Below are positions 6,643 to 15,288 of a stretch of 45,887 bases of DNA, one piece after another. The position numbers and the translations under genes are program-made. How positions within the stretch are numbered: position 1 is the first letter of the stretch; every line of letters starts with the position of its first letter. Source of the DNA: a virus; IMG/VR virus record IMGVR_UViG_3300009285_000018, positions 1 through 45,887 of that record; one strand, written 5' to 3'. The notes beneath the pieces are model-generated. The model did not search any database, was not told where the DNA came from, and saw only the letters and a program-made list of their open reading frames with translations.

Positions 6643-7627
6643 TCCGTCGGCCAAAACCACTAAATTTTTAAAACAACTTCAAACCAAGAAAAAAATTGCC
6701 CTTACCGGCACGCCAATTTCCAATTCTCCAAATGATCTCTATTCCATCATCGACTGGCTGTCCCCGCGCTTTTTAGGAACTTACTACCAATTTTTGTCGC
6801 GTTATTGTATTACCGACGCGCGCTATCCATCCATGATTCTTGGCTACCAAAATCTTAGTGAACTCAAATGGCGCGTGTCGCGTTTTATTCTCCGACGATC
6901 CAAAGAAGAAGTCTTTACCGACTTTCCGTCAAAAACCATCAGTAATATTGTGTTTGATTTGAGCGAAGAGGAACGCGAACTATACGATAACATCCGGAAT
7001 TTGATTTGGGAGGAACTTGAGGCGCTCACCATAACCAAACAAAGTTTGGCGACTATTCCGGTGAAAATGCTTCGACTTAAACAAGCCACCGATCACCCGG
7101 CGCTGATTTCGGACTTGAAAAAATCCTCCAAAATGGAGACGTTGCAGGAACTTTTGAAAGGCATAGTGGAAAGCGGAGAGAAAGTGATTATTTTTTCCCA
7201 ATTCGCAGAAATGGCCAAAAAGATTTTTGACGAAACTTCGGCCTCGCTCATAATTCATGGCGAAGTTCCATCGGAGAAGCGCCAGCAAATTGTCAACCTT
7301 TTTAATACCGAACCATTTTATCGTGTATTGATAATGACCGAAGCTGGCGCGTACGGCTTAAATTTGCAGGCCGCATCTTACGTAATTCATTACGATTCTC
7401 CATGGTCCGTTGCTAAACTTATGCAACGTGAGGACCGTGCGCACCGTATAGGCCAAACTAAGTCCGTCACTGTTTATAACTTAATTGCGCGAAAAACCAT
7501 TGACGAATACGTGCTGAAAAAATTGCACAAAAAACAAAAACTCGCGGTGGAGCTTTTGCAAGATGTCGAGCGCTTGGAAGCGCAGGGAATTGATGAGGAA
7601 GATATCAAATCAATCCTCCGGATTTAG
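6599..7627 (+). CDS. SNF2-family helicase, C-terminal fragment (motifs II-VI)
   Basis: Contains IISDEST (motif II), LTGTPISNSPNDLYS (motif III) and QREDRAHRIGQTKSVTVYNL (motif VI). This frame opens at 6590, directly after a TAA. Confidence 0.85.
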   Translation: MFAAIISDESTRISNPSAKTTKFLKQLQTKKKIALTGTPISNSPNDLYSIIDWLSPRFLGTYYQFLSRYCITDARYPSMILGYQNLSELKWRVSRFILRRSKEEVFTDFPSKTISNIVFDLSEEERELYDNIRNLIWEELEALTITKQSLATIPVKMLRLKQATDHPALISDLKKSSKMETLQELLKGIVESGEKVIIFSQFAEMAKKIFDETSASLIIHGEVPSEKRQQIVNLFNTEPFYRVLIMTEAGAYGLNLQAASYVIHYDSPWSVAKLMQREDRAHRIGQTKSVTVYNLIARKTIDEYVLKKLHKKQKLAVELLQDVERLEAQGIDEEDIKSILRI

Positions 7628-8910
7628 GCATTTTCAAAAAGTGTTTTAGCATCGATCTCTTCTTCTTTTTCCGCCATCGCAATCTCCTCGTCACTCCATA
7701 TCGGAGAGATTTTCTCGTATTTTCGGATGATCTCCACATACTCCGGATACATGGTCCACCGATCCGCGGCGCCCCCCTCTTCCGTATCTTTGCCTTTCAT
7801 TCGTCTGCATACGCGAAGCATTGAAAGATTTTCAAGATACATACGAATCGGAGTGTTGGGATAACCAAGCGCGTTTGCGATTTCAGTGGTAGATTGCTCG
7901 TCTCTTTTTGCCATCTCAAGAATTACCATCTTATTTGTCTGCGGAATGGAATCCAAAGTAGTTTTGTAAATCATATTGATACTGATTTCGTCCAATTTTC
8001 CGAATTGTAGGGCCAGCGAAAATGCTATTGATTCCAATGCTTGTGCAAGACCGGTTGGAATTTCTGCAGACGGCACGAACATCACTTCGTTACGGTTGCC
8101 GGCGTCCCGGATGACTCCGGAACGGGACTTACAGGCAAAGTCGGAAAGAACAATGAGCTCTTCTGTTTGTGCTTCATTTAGTCCCGGAATTTTTTTCTCC
8201 CAATCGATTCCTTGGATGTAAGCATATACCGCGTCTTTTAACTCGCGCTGCATTACATCCTGTATGGCATTATTTTTCAAGCTCCGGCGCGTGACTTCTT
8301 TTCGGTCCGGCATAATAATTCGGTAATTCAAAAATCGCTCGCCAAGCGTGGTGTGCATTTGTTGCGCTAAATCCACAACTTGCGTAGATGCGGCTATCAG
8401 CCCCACTCTTCCTTCCCAATCCCGAATTTGGCCGTTGCCAAATACTTTTTTGAATGATCCGTCCCAAATTTCCCGAAGTTGTGCCATGATTTCGCGCCGC
8501 GCGTCCTGCTGCATGGAAAGAACGCTGGTCCAATCTTTAAAAAGCATAATTTTATTTCCTAAAAGTGGAAGAAGTGAGGCGTCCCGGCCTCCGGGCATGC
8601 CAGAAAGAAACGATTGCGGAGTGAGAAGTGACATCGGATAAATGTCTCCGAGATCGTACAGCGAATTCAAAAATTCCGTTTTGCCTCCGCGTGAAGGCCC
8701 GATGATTATGCACCACGCCGGTTTCCGGCCTTTTAATCTGATAGTTCCGTATGCGCCCATTAGGAATCGGAGGATGTAGGGATCCACGATAAGAAGCCAT
8801 TTATTAAAAACAGCCTCGAGTTCTGTAAATGAAATCGGCTTCAGCGAGTCAAGGTGGATGCGGAGTTTGGCCGCCGCCTCTTGTTTTGCGAAATCTTCTT
8901 CGGATCGCAT
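7624..8910 (-). CDS. P-loop NTPase, putative replicative helicase or primase-associated ATPase with a C-terminal wHTH
   Basis: Walker A-like GPSRGGKTE and Walker B-like IMLFKDW. It lies directly downstream of the CHC2 zinc-finger gene. Confidence 0.5.
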   Translation of the reverse strand: MRSEEDFAKQEAAAKLRIHLDSLKPISFTELEAVFNKWLLIVDPYILRFLMGAYGTIRLKGRKPAWCIIIGPSRGGKTEFLNSLYDLGDIYPMSLLTPQSFLSGMPGGRDASLLPLLGNKIMLFKDWTSVLSMQQDARREIMAQLREIWDGSFKKVFGNGQIRDWEGRVGLIAASTQVVDLAQQMHTTLGERFLNYRIIMPDRKEVTRRSLKNNAIQDVMQRELKDAVYAYIQGIDWEKKIPGLNEAQTEELIVLSDFACKSRSGVIRDAGNRNEVMFVPSAEIPTGLAQALESIAFSLALQFGKLDEISINMIYKTTLDSIPQTNKMVILEMAKRDEQSTTEIANALGYPNTPIRMYLENLSMLRVCRRMKGKDTEEGGAADRWTMYPEYVEIIRKYEKISPIWSDEEIAMAEKEEEIDAKTLFENA

Positions 8911-8914
8911 CTTT

Positions 8915-9613
8915 TTATTTCAAAAATTTTACCGCCTCAATAAAATTTAGATTATGCAGTTTGCATATAAAATCTATAACATCTCCGCCTTCTCCGCATG
9001 CGCCGAAACAATACCATCTATTGTCTGGGTAGATTTTCAAAGACGGAGTTTTTTCATTATGGAAAGTACAGACCACGAATCCAGCGGGATTAGGTTTCAC
9101 AAAATCTGTGATTGGATGCGTTTTGGCAAGCGCAATATCGGCGTCCGTAATATCTCCGGACGCGACTCCTTTGCGTTTCCACTCATCTATCCGCAGTAAA
9201 TGTTCAAGCACCATGATCTGTTTTTTAATTTTTTTGAGTGGCAAATAATAGAATTGATCTTTGCAGATGTTGATCCAAAATTTCTGGTCCCTTTCTGAAA
9301 GCGTTTCGTCTCTATATAGTCCATTAAGGAACATATCAAACAGTTTTTCCAGTCCCTGTTCCAGTATTTTGTACGAATCATGCAGTTCACGCTTTTTCCT
9401 CCGAATGATTGGCAACGCTTCTGGAAAAATTTCAAGTAGTTCGGAGGGTGGAGGGTTTCTATACTCATACTCCGCTCTTTGCTGGGTTATTTCCAGCCAC
9501 TCCGTTTCGCTCGGACAATTTGTTAGCGGAAGATTGTGGCGAAGCCACGCGTTTTGAAAACGTAGATATCCGGGGGCCGGTATCGGAAAGTTATCCACAG
9601 AAGAGATTTGCAT
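8915..9613 (-). CDS. CHC2 zinc-finger (DnaG-primase-type) protein
   Basis: The C-terminal CTFHNEKTPSLKIYPDNRWYCFGACGEGGDVIDFICKL matches the zf-CHC2 pattern CxH...CxxC. Confidence 0.7.
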   Translation of the reverse strand: MQISSVDNFPIPAPGYLRFQNAWLRHNLPLTNCPSETEWLEITQQRAEYEYRNPPPSELLEIFPEALPIIRRKKRELHDSYKILEQGLEKLFDMFLNGLYRDETLSERDQKFWINICKDQFYYLPLKKIKKQIMVLEHLLRIDEWKRKGVASGDITDADIALAKTHPITDFVKPNPAGFVVCTFHNEKTPSLKIYPDNRWYCFGACGEGGDVIDFICKLHNLNFIEAVKFLK

Positions 9614-9665
9614 GGTCCAATTATACTATGGTAAAATGATGGTATCAAATCAGTATTGTGGATAA
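9614..9665 (-). promoter_or_regulatory. DnaA-box plus TAGTATAAT promoter for the primase/ATPase operon
   Basis: Read on the minus strand: TTATCCACA (9665..9657), N28, TAGTATAAT (9628..9620), N6, ATG (9613). Confidence 0.6.
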
Positions 9666-9677
9666 GTGGTTAATACT

Positions 9678-9848
9678 ATGATTCCTAATAAAGACAAAAA
9701 GGCTATTTTATACAAGAAAATCAAGGATTTGCACAAGCTCGGATGGAGTATGGATGAAATCGTAGAATTGCTTTCCGTTTCCAAGTCAACGGTCTTTTTT
9801 GCAATTAGTGGTCGAGCAAAAAGGAAATTAAAAATTAAAAAGAAATAA
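9678..9848 (+). CDS. small HTH DNA-binding protein
   Basis: The segment GWSMDEIVELLSVSKSTVFFAISG resembles an HTH. The C-terminus is basic. I used the ATG at 9678 rather than the GTG at 9666. Confidence 0.55.
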   Translation: MIPNKDKKAILYKKIKDLHKLGWSMDEIVELLSVSKSTVFFAISGRAKRKLKIKKK

Positions 9849-9852
9849 ATTT

Positions 9853-10308
9853 ATGCCAAACGAAGCAGATGTATTTGACGGTATGAAAAAAGTGCAAGCG
9901 CACTTTGTTAAATTCTCCAAGGTTGGAGATTGGTGCAAGGGTACATATCTTGGCAAGCGCGTCATTCCATCTAATTTGAAGCCCGGGGAAATGCAAACTC
10001 TGTACGATTTCAAGATGCACGCTGGTCAATTCCATAATCTTGATGAGAGTAAGCAACTGATTGAAACTCCAGTAGTGATTGAGGCCGATACTTATTGGAC
10101 TGTATCTGGCAAAAAATCGATTGACGATAATATGCGGAATATAAAAGAGGGACAAATTGTAGGATTTCGGTTTGTGAAAATCAATCCGAACAAGAACAAG
10201 GCTTTTAATCCCACAAAGGTTATAGACGTTCTTGAGGGAGCCATGGATCCTGAATTCACGGGTGAGACATCGGACGACATTGATCCAGCCGAAGTGGTGG
10301 GAAATTAA
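9853..10308 (+). CDS. hypothetical protein with an acidic C-terminal tail (a possible SSB-like role is speculative)
   Basis: 151-aa ORF ending in TGETSDDIDPAEVVGN. Confidence 0.5.
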   Translation: MPNEADVFDGMKKVQAHFVKFSKVGDWCKGTYLGKRVIPSNLKPGEMQTLYDFKMHAGQFHNLDESKQLIETPVVIEADTYWTVSGKKSIDDNMRNIKEGQIVGFRFVKINPNKNKAFNPTKVIDVLEGAMDPEFTGETSDDIDPAEVVGN

Positions 10309-10312
10309 AAAG

Positions 10313-11284
10313 ATGAAGTGGACTGTTGAAACAATTCAAAATATAATCAAAGAAAAGATTCCGGAAGGGAGTGTCTTCCCGCAGCATACGGAAAAAGGAC
10401 ATTTCTACGGCGTAAAATCCACGGCGTTCTCTACACCGGAGGACGCTCCCTTCCCGAGCGTTACGGGTAAATTGCAGATTCTTAAAGACGAATCGATTAT
10501 CAATTTCAAAATGAATCAGGCGATCGGTTACGTTTTTAAACATTGGCCGGAGTTTACCGAAGCGAATGTTATGCAGCATTTGGATATGGCTGAAAAACAG
10601 TCCGCTGATATATTTGAGGATGCTGGAGATATCGGGACCAAAATCCATGATGCCAGGCATGCGTATTTTATGGAGTGGATGAAAACCGGCGCGCGACCCG
10701 CGGAAGCCATAAATTTCATTTCGGCCGATGTGTTGCAAGACGTGCGCGCCATTTCCGCGATGAGAGCGCTTGAGAAATTCGTGATTGAAAACGATTACCG
10801 TCCCGCGGCAAGTGAATTGATGCTCTACAACGAAAAGCTCGCGGTCGGAGGAACGCTGGATGATCTTGGTATCATGCGACGGGTGATTGTTTTCGGAAAA
10901 GATCAGTTTAAAAATGAGCATGAACACGAATTACTGGAAAACGATATTACGAATGTTGTCTATTGTTTGAGATGCGAATACAAATTCCGAAACGATTTCG
11001 TTCTCATGGATATCAAAACATCGAATCAATTCAAAGATCATTATTTTTTTCAAGTCGCGCTCTACTATTGGATGTTTTTCAAGCTCGCCAGAATTCGTCC
11101 GGAACGATGCTTTATCTTAAAATTGTCGAAGCGTGATGGAACATATAAAATTGAGGATCTCAAGCGTCCGGGCATGCTCGCAAGCTACGCTCGCAGCATG
11201 ATCCGGACCGATCAGGGGCTTGATTACGTACGGAGCTTGAGGAAAGATAATCAAAGAGTTGTAGGAGAAATTATAAATGTATGA
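10313..11284 (+). CDS. PD-(D/E)XK nuclease (RecB/Cas4-like exonuclease family)
   Basis: Contains GGTLDDLG, LMDIKTS and FFQVALYYWMF, which fit the D...(D/E)xK...QxxxY pattern. I used the ATG at 10313 because the upstream part of the track ORF overlaps the previous gene. Confidence 0.65.
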   Translation: MKWTVETIQNIIKEKIPEGSVFPQHTEKGHFYGVKSTAFSTPEDAPFPSVTGKLQILKDESIINFKMNQAIGYVFKHWPEFTEANVMQHLDMAEKQSADIFEDAGDIGTKIHDARHAYFMEWMKTGARPAEAINFISADVLQDVRAISAMRALEKFVIENDYRPAASELMLYNEKLAVGGTLDDLGIMRRVIVFGKDQFKNEHEHELLENDITNVVYCLRCEYKFRNDFVLMDIKTSNQFKDHYFFQVALYYWMFFKLARIRPERCFILKLSKRDGTYKIEDLKRPGMLASYARSMIRTDQGLDYVRSLRKDNQRVVGEIINV

Positions 11285-11619
11285 CAAATTGTATGGTTTT
11301 AACTTACGAAGGTCTGCTCGGACGATATTCCGAGCTCAAAATTCAACAAAGAAAAACCGAGGAGGAAATTAAATCCTTGAATCCTTTGGTGCGCGAAGGT
11401 ATGGAGTCGCGCGGACTCGATAAGCAGCCGACGAGCGTGGGAGATTTTCTTATCTTGAAAAAGAAGCAATGGAAATATACCGAGGAGTGCGAAACTTTGC
11501 GTCAAGCATTGAAAAACAAAGAATCTGATGAGGAGGCGCGCGGCCTTGCGACTTTTGTCGAGAAGTCGGAATTACAATTTAGAGTGAAGAAAGATGAAGG
11601 AATATCAAAAAAAAAGTAA
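11281..11619 (+). CDS. hypothetical protein
   Basis: 112-aa ORF with an ATGA overlap with the nuclease gene. Confidence 0.5.
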   Translation: MTNCMVLTYEGLLGRYSELKIQQRKTEEEIKSLNPLVREGMESRGLDKQPTSVGDFLILKKKQWKYTEECETLRQALKNKESDEEARGLATFVEKSELQFRVKKDEGISKKK

Positions 11620-11641
11620 ATGTCCTCATCAAAAATAAAAC

Positions 11642-12706
11642 ATGAAAATTCTAATTACGGGAATTTGTGGATTCATTCCACATCATCTTACGGAACATAT
11701 TATAAAGAATACTGATTGGGAAATAATTGGATTAGATAATTTAACATATGCCTCGAGGGGCTTTGATAGATTGAGAGATATTAAGGTTTACAACGACAAA
11801 AGGGTAAAAATTTTTACCCACGATATTACTCGTCCAATTTCTGAAGAGTTATTAAGAGAAATAGGAGAAGTTGATTATATCTTACATTTAGCAGCAAATA
11901 CCCACGTGGATAACTCCATAATTGACCCTGAGCCCTTTGTAATGACAAATGTGGTTGGAACTATGCATATGCTCGATTTCGCGCGTAAGCAGCTAAATTT
12001 GAAGCATTTTCTCTACTTCTCCACGGACGAGATATTCGGGCCGGCTCCAGTGGAAGTAGCGTATAAAGAGTGGGATCGGTATAACTCCGGCAATCCTTAT
12101 TCTGCGTCAAAGGCTGGCGGAGAGGAGCTTTGTTTGGCATATGCCAATACTTATCATATCCCGATACTCATAACTCACACTATGAATGTTTTTGGAGAAC
12201 GCCAACATCCGGAAAAATTCATACCAAAAGTAATTCGTGCGGCTCTGGACAGCCACATTATTCCAATTCATTCCGATAAAACCAAAACCGTTGCTGGATC
12301 CCGTATGTGGATTCACGCGCGGAATGTGGCAGCTGCGATTCTGCATCTTTTGGAATATACCTCGCACGATTCCAGTATTGTAGTCCCGCGTCCGACCTAT
12401 TGGCGTCCGGAATATGCGGATAAGTTCAATATTGTTGGAGAACGGGAAGTGGATAATCTTGCAATGGCGAAATTGATACATAAGATAGTGATGGAAACGG
12501 TCAAAGAACAACGAACTTTTAAATACGAAATGGTTGATTTCCATTCGAGCCGCCCCGGGCACGATTTGCGTTATGCGCTTGATGGTTCAAAAATGAAAGC
12601 CATGGGGTGGTCGTTACCCATGGGATTTGAAGATTCGTTAAGAAAGACGGTTGAGTGGACCGTCCAAAATCCAAAATGGCTAAATATAATTTCTCAATCC
12701 AAGTAG
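11642..12706 (+). CDS. rmlB: NAD-dependent sugar epimerase/dehydratase, dTDP-glucose 4,6-dehydratase-like
   Basis: Contains ILITGICGFIP (GxxGxxG), STDEIFG and YSASKAGGE (YxxxK). Length is 354 aa. Confidence 0.75.
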   Translation: MKILITGICGFIPHHLTEHIIKNTDWEIIGLDNLTYASRGFDRLRDIKVYNDKRVKIFTHDITRPISEELLREIGEVDYILHLAANTHVDNSIIDPEPFVMTNVVGTMHMLDFARKQLNLKHFLYFSTDEIFGPAPVEVAYKEWDRYNSGNPYSASKAGGEELCLAYANTYHIPILITHTMNVFGERQHPEKFIPKVIRAALDSHIIPIHSDKTKTVAGSRMWIHARNVAAAILHLLEYTSHDSSIVVPRPTYWRPEYADKFNIVGEREVDNLAMAKLIHKIVMETVKEQRTFKYEMVDFHSSRPGHDLRYALDGSKMKAMGWSLPMGFEDSLRKTVEWTVQNPKWLNIISQSK

Positions 12707-12927
12707 GAAATAAAAAATTCGGCGTGGATGGATGCGATTCGTTTGATGAGGCGATGGCAAAAGTCGAAAAAGGCGTTTACGAATATAAACTCGCACATTC
12801 GGACGAATTTAAAGAAACCAGCGATTGGACACCCGAAGAACGATTGAATCGCACACGAAACGAGATGAAGCAACCAATAGATGTGCCAGATACTACGTTA
12901 TCGGAAAATACCGAAAATTTAGTATAA
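12676..12927 (+). CDS. hypothetical protein
   Basis: The internal ATG (MAKYNFSIQ...) was chosen to reduce overlap with the dehydratase gene. Confidence 0.45.
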   Translation: MAKYNFSIQVGNKKFGVDGCDSFDEAMAKVEKGVYEYKLAHSDEFKETSDWTPEERLNRTRNEMKQPIDVPDTTLSENTENLV

Positions 12928-12933
12928 ATTAAT

Positions 12934-13167
12934 ATGGAACTCGAAAACATCCAAAAACCGCGTCTTTATTCGACGAGAGAGGTCGCCAAATTCATGGAGA
13001 TAGGGTATTATACCCTTTTTCGTATGTTGCGAGCCAAAAAAATTAAAGCCATAAATGTAGCCCGATCCGGCACAAAGCCGCTTTATCGGTTCAGCGCGGT
13101 GGATGTGCAGGAGTATTATGATACGCTACCTCGTACCAATTTCAAGTTGGAAGACGTCCACAAATAA
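12934..13167 (+). CDS. excisionase/MerR-like HTH (HTH_17-type) DNA-binding protein
   Basis: The segment LYSTREVAKFMEIGYYTLFRMLRAKKIKAI fits the Xis-type HTH pattern. Confidence 0.6.
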   Translation: MELENIQKPRLYSTREVAKFMEIGYYTLFRMLRAKKIKAINVARSGTKPLYRFSAVDVQEYYDTLPRTNFKLEDVHK

Positions 13168-13549
13168 ATTTCATGGAAGAGCGCACTGGTCTAAAAGAAA
13201 AGAATTTACGGATGATGTCTTTGAGTATGCAAAAGCTTTTTGCAGACCAGTTGAACGCGTTGTCTCCTATCCAGTTCAGATCATCTATCGCTTCTTTTTT
13301 GTCACAAGACCCCTCGATACCCTTAACTGCGCGACTATGGCTAAGGCTCTTGAAGACGCCTTTCGTTCCCTTGGAATTCTCGAAGAGGATGATCCTTCGC
13401 ATGTTGCGCGAACGATCCTCGAAGTTTTTAAACTCACTCCCAAGAAAAAAAAGGCGGCGGTATATGGTGTACGGCCGCAGGTCGATACGAAAAATGAAGA
13501 TTACGTAGAAATAATCATTGAAAATTATGCCAACAACTGGAAAAATTGA
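13118..13549 (+). CDS. rusA: RusA-like Holliday junction resolvase
   Basis: PISSWKTSTNKF...HW compares with the RusA N-terminal PPSxN pattern. LDTLNCATMAKALEDAFRSLGILEEDDPSHV compares with RusA DLDNLQKAAFDAL...DD..V. An AGGAG lies 5 nt before the ATG at 13118. Confidence 0.6.
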   Translation: MIRYLVPISSWKTSTNKFHGRAHWSKRKEFTDDVFEYAKAFCRPVERVVSYPVQIIYRFFFVTRPLDTLNCATMAKALEDAFRSLGILEEDDPSHVARTILEVFKLTPKKKKAAVYGVRPQVDTKNEDYVEIIIENYANNWKN

Positions 13550-13859
13550 TTGGAATAAAGTCGTGGCCGATTCCAATGGCGCCTCTTTGTTCTTGCCGGA
13601 AAAGTTTGTAGATCAGGCCAAAGAAAATGAAAAATTACAGGCAGAAATCGGTGAAGACGCGCTTGCTTTGAGTGAAAAAGAGCAACGGCTTGCGAATCGC
13701 CATCAAAATCTGCTCTTTGCAATGCAGGAATGGATGGCGCAATACGGTTATTCTGATATATGGGTGAAGAATATTGGATTCAATGTTGATGCGCTGAAAG
13801 ACGGAAAATTTGTAATAAATGTCGTTGAACCAATGAAAAATCAATCTTATCGCCAATAA
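13527..13859 (+). CDS. hypothetical protein
   Basis: The track start at 13518 is a TTG. The first ATG is at 13527. This is the last gene of the plus-strand block. Confidence 0.5.
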   Translation: MPTTGKIDWNKVVADSNGASLFLPEKFVDQAKENEKLQAEIGEDALALSEKEQRLANRHQNLLFAMQEWMAQYGYSDIWVKNIGFNVDALKDGKFVINVVEPMKNQSYRQ

Positions 13860-13860
13860 C

Positions 13861-13934
13861 AAAAATCGCTCCTCAAACCGCATGAAGGAAAAGATGAGAA
13901 CCTTCAAGGATATCTCGGTTAAGGAGCGGTTTTT
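13861..13934. terminator. Candidate bidirectional terminator at the convergent junction
   Basis: An A5 run, then stem CGCTCCT (13867..13873) / AGGAGCG (13922..13928), with an inner stem TGAAGG (13883..13888) / CCTTCA (13901..13906), then a T5 run. Confidence 0.45.
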
Positions 13935-14060
13935 GTTATTCTCAATTACTCGGCTGGCTCTGCCGGAACTTCCGGTTCAACCGGTTCGTCAGAAGGAACC
14001 GTATCTTCTTTGTTTTCGTCTTCCATAATAAAAAAACTGGTTATCTATAATAATTTCGAC

Positions 14061-14237
14061 CTACTTGCCGGCGTAATTCACTCCTGCCTCGCCCTTGTTG
14101 GCAAAATAGAAAGAAAACGCCATTGATGCAAGTATCATAAAATCTTTCGGATCAATGATTTTCAAAAATGTTCCGGCGACTGTCGCGACTGCCATTAGTA
14201 TAAATACTATTTTTGACGCGCTTTGTAAAATAGTCAT
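14061..14237 (-). CDS. holin-like small membrane protein
   Basis: Two hydrophobic segments, IVFILMAVATVAGTF and FMILASMAFSFYF. An ATGA overlap with the endolysin stop favours the start at 14237. The track start is 14258. Confidence 0.55.
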   Translation of the reverse strand: MTILQSASKIVFILMAVATVAGTFLKIIDPKDFMILASMAFSFYFANKGEAGVNYAGK

Positions 14238-14863
14238 CGTTTTAAAATTATTTTCCATATATCTTCAATCGCCCTTTTTATCGCAAAAATCAATACGTCT
14301 TTGGGCGTGAAATCCATGATATAAGGCAAAGGATCGACCGCGCCCTTGGCTACGTCGTAATTTTTAAGATATGCTTTCAGTCCGCTGGTATATTGTATGA
14401 TCCATGGTGTTGGGTTAATGGAACATTCGCGTATTCCAAAATGCAGATGTACTCCCCTGCCAGCTGGCGCGTTACCCCAGTATGGTGTGGATCCGGAAAC
14501 AATGAATCCGGTATTTCCCATGGTTCCGATTATATATGCGTCCGGAACAGCAAATCCCACCGGAACGAATATGTCTTTAAGATGGCCGAAAGTAAGTTCA
14601 AAAAAATCACCGTTAGCGTCGGGTTTGGTATGTTGCCGGACGTGCCGGCCGTATCCCATTTCATCACGTTTTACTTCAACAATGATTCCGGCGCTGGCCA
14701 GAATGGGAGTTCCCTCAGCCATAGCGATATCAATTCCATTGTGGCCCGGAATACTGACCGCATTCATGTATAAATCGTAATTCTCTCCGAATCCTTGATA
14801 AATATGTCCGGCTGGATATTTTTTGAGAACCGCGCGAAGCGCGGGTATGGTAATCGATTTCAT
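14234..14863 (-). CDS. M23 (LytM-type) peptidase, putative endolysin
   Basis: Contains HNGIDIA (HxxxD) and GVHLHFG (HxH). Confidence 0.8.
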   Translation of the reverse strand: MKSITIPALRAVLKKYPAGHIYQGFGENYDLYMNAVSIPGHNGIDIAMAEGTPILASAGIIVEVKRDEMGYGRHVRQHTKPDANGDFFELTFGHLKDIFVPVGFAVPDAYIIGTMGNTGFIVSGSTPYWGNAPAGRGVHLHFGIRECSINPTPWIIQYTSGLKAYLKNYDVAKGAVDPLPYIMDFTPKDVLIFAIKRAIEDIWKIILKR

Positions 14864-14866
14864 CTT

Positions 14867-15067
14867 TTATTTTATATTAAGGATGATTCCTAAAATTGCT
14901 AAAGCCAAATTGCCGAAAATTCCGGCGATGATCCAGCGCGTAGCCCATGTGAGCCAATCAGTTGAAGCTTTCACTCCGCCCATTTCTTCGTTGAATATGG
15001 AGTAGTGCTCTTCAAGCCACGTTATACGTCGATCTACTTCTTGTTGTCGGTAAGTTTCTTCGGCCAT
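14867..15067 (-). CDS. small protein with a C-terminal TM segment (lysis accessory candidate)
   Basis: C-terminal segment WIIAGIFGNLALAILGIIL. The start is uncertain; 15115, 15067 and 14983 are all ATGs. Confidence 0.4.
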   Translation of the reverse strand: MAEETYRQQEVDRRITWLEEHYSIFNEEMGGVKASTDWLTWATRWIIAGIFGNLALAILGIILNIK

Positions 15068-15288
15068 ATATACTGCGATACCGCAAGCGCTCCGAGTACA
15101 GCCCAAAGCTGCCATGGAAAGCTCACGCTGAATAAAAGCCCAATAGATACCGCCAAAAGCAGTCCATAAAAAAGATAATAACCGGGTTCACGGAAATACG
15201 TTTCCGTGGCTATTTTGACGGCGTAGCGAACGCGGTCAAATCTCGACACTCCCAGTGATTCTTTTTCAAGATTGGGGCCTATGCTCAT
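15034..15288 (-). CDS. small membrane protein (lysis cassette, holin/antiholin candidate)
   Basis: Hydrophobic segments YYLFYGLLLAVSIGLLFSV and LWAVLGALAV. It is the first gene after the promoter at 15297..15305. Confidence 0.5.
   Translation of the reverse strand: MSIGPNLEKESLGVSRFDRVRYAVKIATETYFREPGYYLFYGLLLAVSIGLLFSVSFPWQLWAVLGALAVSQYIWPKKLTDNKK

Noticed and set aside
8921-8956. Partial look-alike of the small-ORF motif (TTTTACCGCCTCAATAAAATTTAGATTATG) preceding the plus-strand ORF 8954..9199
   Set aside because: It lies antisense to the well-supported CHC2 zinc-finger gene. The spacing to the ATG differs from the six true copies, and the 81-aa antisense ORF has no supporting features. 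The 11-mer match CCTCAATAAAA is still unexpected and could be re-examined.
10256-10927. 223-aa minus-strand ORF
   Set aside because: It is entirely antisense to the PD-(D/E)XK nuclease gene, which has clear catalytic motifs. It has no motif or start signal of its own.
13946-14026. 26-aa acidic minus-strand mini-ORF (MEDENKEDTVPSDEPVEPEVPAEPAE) after the holin-like gene
   Set aside because: It is too short and too low in complexity to support. It lies in the convergent terminator region. It can neither be confirmed nor excluded from sequence alone.
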